A stretch of DNA of 64,000 bases from contig CABQKC010000009.1 of the NCBI GenBank assembly GCA_902464635.1, positions 4,224 to 68,223 of the forward strand, read 5' to 3'. Origin of the DNA: an uncultured Bacillales bacterium (lineage in GTDB: Bacteria; Bacillota_I; Bacilli_A; RFN20; CAG-826). The position numbers and the translations under genes were made by a program. Shown here piece by piece: positions 29,911 through 37,580 of this stretch. Position 1 is the first letter of the stretch. The number at the start of each line of letters is the position of its first letter. Under the pieces are notes generated by a model. It did not search any database, had not been told where the DNA came from, and saw only the letters and a program-made list of their open reading frames with translations.

Positions 29911-30801
29911 ATGTTAGTAAATGCTACAAGAATGCTAAGAATTGCCCACGAGAATCATTATGCCGTCGGACATTTCAACATCAACAACCTCGAATGGACC
30001 AAAGCCATTTTGCTCACCGCCGAAGAGCTTCAATCACCAGTTATCCTTGGTGTTAGCGAAGGTGCAGCCAAATACATGGGTGGATTCAAAGTTGTTGCTG
30101 CAATGGTAAAAGCTTTAGACGAATCCTTAAAGATTACCGTCCCAGTTGCACTTCATCTTGACCACGGAAGCTATGACGGAGTCAAAGCCTGCATCGAAGC
30201 AGGATTCACTTCTGTCATGTTTGATGGATCTCACTTCCCATTGGAAGAAAATATCCAAAAGACCAAAGAGCTAGTTGCCCTTGCCCATGATAAGGGATTA
30301 TCAATCGAAGCCGAAGTCGGTGCGATTGGTGGAACTGAAGATGGTGTCACTGCCGATGGCGAAGTTGCCGATCCAGAAGAATGTGCCAAAATCGTTGCCC
30401 TAGGAGTTGATTTCCTTGCTGCCGGCATTGGAAATATCCATGGTATCTATCCAAAAAACTGGAAAGGGCTACATTTTGATGCCCTTGAAAAGATTTCAAA
30501 GGCTACTGGAGGCATTCCACTTGTCTTACACGGTGGAACCGGTATCCCAGAAGACCAAATCAAGCATGCTATCCATGATGGTATGTCAAAGATTAACGTC
30601 AATACCGATTGCCAATTAGTATTCGCTCAAGCCACAATCGATTATTGCGCCGCTGGCAAGGCTAATCCTACTAGCGAGAACGAATCCAAAGGTTATGACC
30701 CACGTAAATTATTAAAGCCAGGATTCCTAGCCATCCAAGCCAAGGTCAAGGAAAAGATGGAATTATTCGGCTCAGTAGGCAAAGCCAAACTCGAATATTA
30801 A
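29911..30801 (+). CDS. fba: Class II fructose-1,6-bisphosphate aldolase
   Basis: HFNINNLEW, LHLDHGS, GNIHG and LHGGTGIP blocks. Confidence 0.95.
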   Translation: MLVNATRMLRIAHENHYAVGHFNINNLEWTKAILLTAEELQSPVILGVSEGAAKYMGGFKVVAAMVKALDESLKITVPVALHLDHGSYDGVKACIEAGFTSVMFDGSHFPLEENIQKTKELVALAHDKGLSIEAEVGAIGGTEDGVTADGEVADPEECAKIVALGVDFLAAGIGNIHGIYPKNWKGLHFDALEKISKATGGIPLVLHGGTGIPEDQIKHAIHDGMSKINVNTDCQLVFAQATIDYCAAGKANPTSENESKGYDPRKLLKPGFLAIQAKVKEKMELFGSVGKAKLEY

Positions 30802-30820
30802 TCCTGATAAAAAAGCATCT

Positions 30821-30847
30821 AGAGGAGTTAACCACTCCTCTTTTTTT
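30821..30847 (+). terminator. Rho-independent terminator of fba
   Basis: AGAGGAGT/ACTCCTCT perfect 8-bp stem with a 5-nt loop, followed by TTTTTTT. Confidence 0.85.
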
Positions 30848-31009
30848 GACAAAAAAATATCCTATATAAACAAAATCTAAAAATAAAATGTGATTAATTC
30901 GTTCTAGCGATAACAAGAATTGATAATTATTGCTTTTTATCAACCATTGTGTAAGCCCTTACAAAATTCCATAATTCACTTGTATTCATATATAAGTGAG
31001 GGATTTTGT

Positions 31010-34000
31010 ATGAAAAGAAGGAATATATTGCTTTTAGGTTTTTCTCTAGCAGGTTTATTTGGAATTGGGTTATCTTCATTAGGAAGTTTGGCTTCTAATA
31101 AACCATTGATAGGAATGAATGCCTCCGAACAGACTTATAAATTCCTATTTGATAAGTCTAGCAATAAACCAGTCATAGACGGGAACGGTTCGTTAAATGT
31201 CTTATCCTCATTAGGGAATTCATTTAAATTTGATTATTCTTCCTTCTTAGTTAGCGAAGGTAACTGGGGCAAATTAGCTGCTAACGGGACTTTATTAAAT
31301 CCTTACGCTTCTACTGCATATAACAATGCGATAGGAAATATTTCTTCTATAACAGTCGTATTCACTGGAGATTTAACTATTGATTATGGCTGGGGTGGCA
31401 AAGATGGAACAGTTAATTATTTAAGAACCAATCATAAATTAACTAGCGGAGTTGTTTTTGGTTTTGCTGCTGAAATGCCTAACTATGTAAGAATTAAAGC
31501 AACTTCTGAAACCACAATCACATCCATAACCCTCAATTATAGATGCGGAACCAATAACAATTTTAATGAAGCATTCCAAATCAAAGACATACAATCATTA
31601 AAGAACTTTGCGGCATTGGTAAAATCTGGCCAAACAAATCTAAACGCAAGATTAGTAAATGACATCGATTTTAAGGGTGCTACATTTGGAGGGATTGGAA
31701 CCAACACTAATCGATATAAAGGAACATTTGATGGAAACGGAAAAACAATCTCTAATATTAAAGTTGTAAATAAAGCTAAAGGAACTGGCTTATTTAATTA
31801 TGTTGAAGGCGCCACCGTCTCTAACCTAACCATTAAAAATGTAACGGTTAATTCATCAACTTCATATTATGATTGCACTGGAGCATTAATCGGATGCGCT
31901 TATGGAGTGAATTTAAATAATATCAATATCTCATCAGGAACTATTTATGGAAAAATAAACACTGGTTCCATTGTTGGAGCTACATATAAATCAACAGGCA
32001 AAGCCACCATTAATAACGTTCAAAATTCAGCTTCTATAATAGCGACGGGAGGTCTTGGTACCGGGGGATTAATAGGCACAAGTGACACGGGAGTACTAGT
32101 CGATATTTCAAATTCCATTAATTATGGAAGCGTTACTAGTGACAATGAATATGTTGGCGGAATAATAGGTTTACTAAGAACCGGAACAAGTACAGTCAAA
32201 TCTTCAGTTAAGGATTGTATCAATTATGGTGAAGTAAAAGGTACGAAAAATGTCGGTGGCATCGCTGGCGGCAATAGAGGTAGTATCACTAATTGTAAAG
32301 TCAGTTCAACTGCAACAATTAATGATAAAGCACCATCTTCTGTTAAGAATATCAGTGGTACTGGTGGCTATATACTTGGAGCAAACGATACCAAGAATGG
32401 TGCGATTACTAATGATGAAATTGCAAAATATAATTATTCGCCTATTTGGGACCCAACCACCACTAAAACAGCATTTGTCGGAGGCGGAACTCAAACAGAT
32501 CCTTATAAAATTGAATATGCAGAAGATCTAAATTACCTAGCAAACGAAGTTAATAAAGGTACCGATTTAGCAAAGAAATACTTCAGTTTAGTAACAAATA
32601 TCGATCTAGGTAGCTCAAATTGGACAACAATCGGTATATACAAAACTGCCACTACTTGTCCATTTAAGGGTTATTTCGATGGTAAAAACCTAAAAGTAGA
32701 TGGGCTAAAAATTGCAAAAGACTCCGAGGTTACAGGTTTGTTCGGTTATGTAGTCGATGCAAAAATATCTAATATTAATTTGATAAACGCTGATGTTACT
32801 TGCAACAAAGGCATTCAAGAATCTTTCGCAGGTGTCTTAGCAGGTAAGGTTGTAAGAACCACTGCATCAAATGTAACTGCTAATGGAACAATAGTTTCAA
32901 AAGGTGGAACTGTTGGCGGAATAATTGGTGGAGCATTTGGCGGAGGAACTTCTTCTATTTCAAACTGTGAAAGCAATGTAACGGTAACTTCTTCAATGGA
33001 TTATGCTGGCGGAATAATCGGCGGCAACAAAGAAGCCTCAAATCAAATCGTCAATATAACCAATTGTATTAACAAAGGGAATATAAGTAGCAGAGAATAT
33101 GCTGGCGGAATAACTGGCATTTTAAGAAGAGAAAAAAGCACAGCCACCAAATCAGTTATTGATGGGTGCACCAATTACGGAAACATTAAAGTTGATGGAT
33201 CTATAAATAGTAAAGGAGAATCAACTACTTTATGTGCATCTGGCATCGCGGGTTTGAATAGAGGAATAGTGAAAAACGCAAAGATATACGAAGACTGCAC
33301 TTTAACTGCTGGAAAAACATCTAAGTTTGCAAAAGAATGTGAACCATCAGCCGTTAATAAAAACATTCCGTCTTCAGTATGCTGTAATGACACAAATCCA
33401 GCCTTTTTAGGTGAAATCAATGGCTATTCATTAATCAAAGAAGATGGGACTTCTTTTGCTATTTTTAATGCCAAGATGACTACTGGATATGGCAGAATTA
33501 TCAAATTGTCTGATGGTTCCTATTTTTCAACTGTCGATGTTACAAAATTCTCTGGAAAAACATTATCCTCACTAGAAAATGGACAAACAATAGAAAATGA
33601 TTTTAAAGATAAACCTAGAGACAAAAACGGAAATGAAATCGAAAAATCTAAAACCACGATAAAAATGGCTAATGCACAACCTGTTGAATATGCAAAAGGA
33701 AAAATTGCAGTATTCTATAGGTTTAACGATCCTTATTTTAATAACGGGGTAGGCAAATATTCTTCTATTAGAGCAAGAATTTCTACTGATAATGGAAAGA
33801 CTTTCGGAGAACCACAAATTTTACTAGAAAATATTACAAAAACCGCAAATACAACTGAAAGCGAAGGTCTATACGAACCATTTCCCGTGCTTAAAGATGA
33901 TGGAAATATAGAATTATTTATTTCTTGCGATATTACTTCTACAGTAAATGGAAATGACTCATTAGTTGCTACAGGCGGAAAGCAAAATATTATTCGTATG

Positions 34001-34630
34001 CCAATAAGCGTTTCCAATGATACTTTCACCGTAGGAAAGACGACAATCATTAATAATTTAAAAGGTACTAGAGATTATGCCCGCCCAGGTATGACTACAA
34101 TCTCAAAACTAAATGACGGCAGTTATATAATGGCGATGGAACGCACTAACAATTTAGATCCAAATACTACCAAGATTGGATTTACAATCTGCATTTCCTA
34201 TTCAAAAGACTTAATTAATTGGACTTTGCCAAAAGAAATTATTAGGCCAAAAACTACAAACTCAGTAGTAACTGAAAACTATCTTTGCCAATCCCCTTGC
34301 ATTGGAGTCTTAGATAATGGAAAGATTGCAGTTAGCTATATGAGTAATGAGAATTTCCAAGGCGATAACTACATAAATGGAAATTCGTTTTTTAGAAGAT
34401 GCGAAGTTGCTATTTCAGAAAAAGAAGTTAAATATAGTGATTCTCCAACAATGATTAAACAAGATAATTCGTTTGGTTATGCAAATAATATTGGTTGCCA
34501 ATATCCAGGATTATACGTTGAAGGAAACACTGCTTACACAATAGAAAGAACATATACAATCGCTGTTAACGATAGTGGCAACGTTTCACTATCTAACAAG
34601 AAAACAGTTATCAAGCCATTTGCAGCCTAA
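31010..34630 (+). CDS. Large secreted/surface protein: two GLUG-motif modules plus C-terminal BNR/sialidase-like propeller
   Basis: Signal/anchor MKRRNILLLGFSLAGLFGIGLSSLGSLAS. Repeated F-GxFDG-N and GGIIG/GGIAG motifs. Asp-box STDNGKTF (33782-33805) and an Asp-box-like SYSKDLINWT (34196-34225). The track's TTG 30920 start is replaced by ATG 31010, which follows the GTGAGGGA SD. Confidence 0.8.
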   Translation: MKRRNILLLGFSLAGLFGIGLSSLGSLASNKPLIGMNASEQTYKFLFDKSSNKPVIDGNGSLNVLSSLGNSFKFDYSSFLVSEGNWGKLAANGTLLNPYASTAYNNAIGNISSITVVFTGDLTIDYGWGGKDGTVNYLRTNHKLTSGVVFGFAAEMPNYVRIKATSETTITSITLNYRCGTNNNFNEAFQIKDIQSLKNFAALVKSGQTNLNARLVNDIDFKGATFGGIGTNTNRYKGTFDGNGKTISNIKVVNKAKGTGLFNYVEGATVSNLTIKNVTVNSSTSYYDCTGALIGCAYGVNLNNINISSGTIYGKINTGSIVGATYKSTGKATINNVQNSASIIATGGLGTGGLIGTSDTGVLVDISNSINYGSVTSDNEYVGGIIGLLRTGTSTVKSSVKDCINYGEVKGTKNVGGIAGGNRGSITNCKVSSTATINDKAPSSVKNISGTGGYILGANDTKNGAITNDEIAKYNYSPIWDPTTTKTAFVGGGTQTDPYKIEYAEDLNYLANEVNKGTDLAKKYFSLVTNIDLGSSNWTTIGIYKTATTCPFKGYFDGKNLKVDGLKIAKDSEVTGLFGYVVDAKISNINLINADVTCNKGIQESFAGVLAGKVVRTTASNVTANGTIVSKGGTVGGIIGGAFGGGTSSISNCESNVTVTSSMDYAGGIIGGNKEASNQIVNITNCINKGNISSREYAGGITGILRREKSTATKSVIDGCTNYGNIKVDGSINSKGESTTLCASGIAGLNRGIVKNAKIYEDCTLTAGKTSKFAKECEPSAVNKNIPSSVCCNDTNPAFLGEINGYSLIKEDGTSFAIFNAKMTTGYGRIIKLSDGSYFSTVDVTKFSGKTLSSLENGQTIENDFKDKPRDKNGNEIEKSKTTIKMANAQPVEYAKGKIAVFYRFNDPYFNNGVGKYSSIRARISTDNGKTFGEPQILLENITKTANTTESEGLYEPFPVLKDDGNIELFISCDITSTVNGNDSLVATGGKQNIIRMPISVSNDTFTVGKTTIINNLKGTRDYARPGMTTISKLNDGSYIMAMERTNNLDPNTTKIGFTICISYSKDLINWTLPKEIIRPKTTNSVVTENYLCQSPCIGVLDNGKIAVSYMSNENFQGDNYINGNSFFRRCEVAISEKEVKYSDSPTMIKQDNSFGYANNIGCQYPGLYVEGNTAYTIERTYTIAVNDSGNVSLSNKKTVIKPFAA

Positions 34631-34631
34631 T

Positions 34632-35024
34632 TTATTTAGATAGCAAATAATTAATTACAGCTTTTCTTGTAATAATACCAATAAACACTCCCCTATCATC
34701 AACAACAGGGACAAAGTTTTGGTCTACTATTAATTTAACTAAATCATCCATACTAGAATTGATGGATACGGGTTTAACATCCCTATCTCTTTTAATTGAT
34801 TTGAGATGGATTTTTGTTAGGTCTTCGAATCTAAGTTTGTTCTTTGTCATTGTATATAAAATATCCCCTTCCGAAAGGGAATAGAGATACTTTCCATCTT
34901 TGGAGAGAACAGGAACAACTGAATATCTATGGTATTCCATTTTTTCAATTGCTTGGCGAAGTGAGAAATCTTCGAAAAGAAATTCAACTTTGATTTTTGG
35001 AATCAGAAAAAACGTAATATTCAT
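34632..35024 (-). CDS. Stand-alone CBS-pair domain protein
   Basis: 130 aa with two CBS-like repeats (HRYSVVPVLSKDGKYLYSLSEGDIL ... QNFVPVVDDRGVFIGIITRKAVINYL). Confidence 0.8.
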   Translation of the reverse strand: MNITFFLIPKIKVEFLFEDFSLRQAIEKMEYHRYSVVPVLSKDGKYLYSLSEGDILYTMTKNKLRFEDLTKIHLKSIKRDRDVKPVSINSSMDDLVKLIVDQNFVPVVDDRGVFIGIITRKAVINYLLSK

Positions 35025-35087
35025 ACCTTGATTATAGATTAATTAGAGTTAAGGCAAAAGGATAGTTTCTTTGAATTTATACACTTT

Positions 35088-35873
35088 CTACTTATTGACC
35101 AAATTAAATTGAAGAAATGAAGATGCTATCTTATATCTAAGCAAAATAAATATGAAGGTATTCAAAACCAATAAACTGCTTTTAGAATTAACCAAATTCT
35201 TTTCTTCCAAATATATATTTAATTGATCCAGCTCTTCTCCATCAAAAAAAGTTTCATTTAATAATCTGCAATGACGTTTTTGATTATAAACAAGTGTAAG
35301 AGGAATATAACAAGGAGGAAGCGTCTTAAATATTTTTTTATTTCGGCTGTTCCTAAATAATGTTCTTTCGTTTACTTCTTTTTTATATGTCTTGCTCCTT
35401 ATATTTTCAATTGAAACAAAACGTATTCTGTTAAAGTCAATAATATCTTCCTTTGAAATATCAAAAAGAGATTCGAACATAGGATAATTTACAAATAGTA
35501 ATCCATTCCTGGTTTCATCATCGAATGTATTTAACGCCTTTTCAAGCAAGGTTTCGTTATAATCAGGTGATTGGGGGTCAAAATCAAATATCAAATAAAT
35601 GGAAGAAAACACCTCATTCGGTCTATATCCATCTTCAATCAGCAAATTGCCATAAATATCTTGAACTTTTTTATACTTTAAATACGAAGGAAAACTATCT
35701 ATTTCAGAATGAAAAAAGTCTTTTATCAGCGAATGAAAAGTAGTTCCGTAGATTGATATAGAAAAATCATCACCCTCTGCCAAACCAAGAATGTCGTGGA
35801 ACATATGTTCAACATTTTTTCTTTCGGTATCTGCCCCTTCGACAACGAAGAGAATTCTTTTATTCAAATTCAT
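35088..35873 (-). CDS. RloB/AbiLii-like Toprim-type protein (candidate nuclease partner)
   Basis: ILFVVEGADTE (aa 7-17), IYLIFDFD (aa 92-99) and VNYPMFESLF (aa 128-137) match the EGxxTE / DxD / S-N-P-x-F-E blocks I recall for RloB-family proteins. The start overlaps the ATPase gene by 14 nt. Confidence 0.65.
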   Translation of the reverse strand: MNLNKRILFVVEGADTERKNVEHMFHDILGLAEGDDFSISIYGTTFHSLIKDFFHSEIDSFPSYLKYKKVQDIYGNLLIEDGYRPNEVFSSIYLIFDFDPQSPDYNETLLEKALNTFDDETRNGLLFVNYPMFESLFDISKEDIIDFNRIRFVSIENIRSKTYKKEVNERTLFRNSRNKKIFKTLPPCYIPLTLVYNQKRHCRLLNETFFDGEELDQLNIYLEEKNLVNSKSSLLVLNTFIFILLRYKIASSFLQFNLVNK

Positions 35874-36960
35874 TTGATAGAAGCATATTTTCCAAACTAT
35901 TAGCTTCTCTAATAATCTTCTTCGATTTATTCGAGAAAGAATCTATTTTCCCATCATTTAAAATAAAATAACAGTCAGGTCTCATAATAGAATTATCCGC
36001 TAAAAATGGATTATGGGTTGTTAAAACTGATTGGAAATTGCTTTTGGAATTAATGAAATTTAGAATCTTCTTCGATAGTTTGTAATGATAAAAGGAATCA
36101 AATTCATCTAAATAAAGGAATTTTAGATTCTTCTCACACTTTTTTATCCAATAGTAAAACAATGTCAAAGAGCCAGTCCCGGTGGATATAGAAGAAAAGA
36201 ATTCAATCTTTTCGTTATTATAATCAATCAATATTACTGGATTGCCAAAAGTATCGATACCTGCGAGCAGTTTATAACTTAAGCCACAATCGGAAAGGAA
36301 TTTTTGGAAATCATCTATAAGTCCATTATTTACAATGAAAGAAGCGATATTTTCCCCGTTTTCTAATTTTCCCATGAATTCATTTTCCCTAACAGAGCGG
36401 AACCACAACATGTTTTCGGCAAAAGAAACTATGTATTCGATTGGATGATCCTTTTTCAAATCAGAGTTGTTTCTCATGAATTTCAAGGCAGATAATCTCC
36501 CCTGCCTATTCTTGAATACTATGTTTTGAGTCTCAACAAAATTATTAATCAATTTATCGTTAGAATAATTGAATTGAAACATGGTTTTTCCATTTACTTT
36601 TACTTCTTCAAAAAGAAGTTCCATACTCGCATTCTTTGAGTAGTTATATTCGACTTCATCGCCATTTTCCATTAAAAAGAGATATGAAAATTTAGCTTCA
36701 GTAGAAATATTATCCCCATTTAGATAATGCAGATAATGATCCATTCTTTTGGTCTTGTCAGTTAAATGGTTATTGATATCCATCATGGCAAAACCTAAAT
36801 TAGATTTCCCAGAACCGTTATATCCATAAATCAAAGCTTTGTTCACTAAATTGTTTTTAATCAAACCTTTGTTAAATGAATAGTCATTTGTCTTTGAAAA
36901 ATCAAAAACGCAAGTGTCATAGAAATTCTTAAAATTATTGACAGAGAATCTTTTTAACAT
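35860..36960 (-). CDS. ABC-type (AAA_15/AAA_21-like) ATPase, candidate defense ATPase
   Basis: FSVNNFKNF N-terminus, Walker A GYNGSGKS (nt 36802-36825), SISTGTGSL signature-like block, Walker B FLYLDEFD, TTHNP H-loop and a GGAGG SD. Confidence 0.85.
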   Translation of the reverse strand: MLKRFSVNNFKNFYDTCVFDFSKTNDYSFNKGLIKNNLVNKALIYGYNGSGKSNLGFAMMDINNHLTDKTKRMDHYLHYLNGDNISTEAKFSYLFLMENGDEVEYNYSKNASMELLFEEVKVNGKTMFQFNYSNDKLINNFVETQNIVFKNRQGRLSALKFMRNNSDLKKDHPIEYIVSFAENMLWFRSVRENEFMGKLENGENIASFIVNNGLIDDFQKFLSDCGLSYKLLAGIDTFGNPVILIDYNNEKIEFFSSISTGTGSLTLFYYWIKKCEKNLKFLYLDEFDSFYHYKLSKKILNFINSKSNFQSVLTTHNPFLADNSIMRPDCYFILNDGKIDSFSNKSKKIIREANSLENMLLSNEFE

Positions 36961-36976
36961 AACTACCTCCAGTTAA

Positions 36977-37005
36977 ATTATAAGCGTTAATTATCCTAAT
37001 GTAAA
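36977..37005 (-). promoter_or_regulatory. Strong sigma-70-type promoter of the ATPase/RloB-like cassette
   Basis: On the minus strand, TTTACA (37005-37000), a 17-nt spacer, then TATAAT (36982-36977), followed by the GGAGG SD. Confidence 0.6.
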
Positions 37006-37050
37006 TCTTTTGCACCTTTAATGTAATTTTTTTACATCAATATTTATATA

Positions 37051-37077
37051 TAAAGAAAACCCTACACGAGGTAGGGT
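37051..37077 (-). terminator. Terminator of the glgB-glgP-dut operon
   Basis: ACCCTAC/GTAGGGT 7-bp stem (37059-37065 / 37071-37077), then TTTCTTT on the minus strand. Confidence 0.7.
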
Positions 37078-37079
37078 AA

Positions 37080-37580
37080 TCAATATGAATTATGTTGTCT
37101 TTGATGATTTGTATCTAGCTTCTTTTTATAAGCGTTAATAACATCAAAAGAAGAATAATCAAACAAAGGAATGATATCAAGGAAGGCTGCGAATGCCTTG
37201 CAATATGAATCGGCATCGAAGTTATTTACTAACTTACATACTAACTCATATACATTAAGAATGGCATCGCTACAATCTTTTATCTTTACGTTGAAGCGAT
37301 GTGTATACCTACTTACTCCAAGCTCTACTCCTAAAGAGAGGAAGAAATGGAGGGCGTCTGCATATTCATCTAGGATTACTTCTTTTGGGGAAGGGCCCTT
37401 ATTTGACCAATATTTGAAACATCTTGTCTCATTTGCAAATTCCCCTAGTTCTACTAAAAGGGCAAGACATCTCCTATTGTGGGTTGAAGGATAATCAATA
37501 TGGTGAATTGAAGCGATTTCCTTATCTAGATCTTCTTGAAGAGGGAATAATTCATCAAGAGTAATCTTGTCATCACTCAT
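37080..37580 (-). CDS. Dimeric (all-alpha, dUTPase_2/MazG-like) dUTP diphosphatase
   Basis: LALLVELGEFANE, DEYADALHFFLS and C-terminal INAYKKKLDTNHQRQ blocks resemble the dimeric Dut proteins of Firmicute phages and chromosomes, as I recall them. The ATGA start/stop overlaps glgP. Confidence 0.7.
   Translation of the reverse strand: MSDDKITLDELFPLQEDLDKEIASIHHIDYPSTHNRRCLALLVELGEFANETRCFKYWSNKGPSPKEVILDEYADALHFFLSLGVELGVSRYTHRFNVKIKDCSDAILNVYELVCKLVNNFDADSYCKAFAAFLDIIPLFDYSSFDVINAYKKKLDTNHQRQHNSY

Noticed and set aside
30920-31009. TTG-initiated 30-aa N-terminal extension of the large surface protein
   Set aside because: ATG 31010 is preceded by a GTGAGGGA SD and starts a canonical signal peptide. 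The extension has no signal-like features and covers the probable promoter.
35031-37000. Similar ATTATA..TTAATTA strings at both borders of the AT-rich cassette (35031-35047 and 36977-36993) as possible insertion-site repeats
   Set aside because: Both coincide with -10 boxes (TATAAT on the minus strand). The spacing differs (2 versus 4 nt) and the match is short and all A/T, so it does not support att-like direct repeats.
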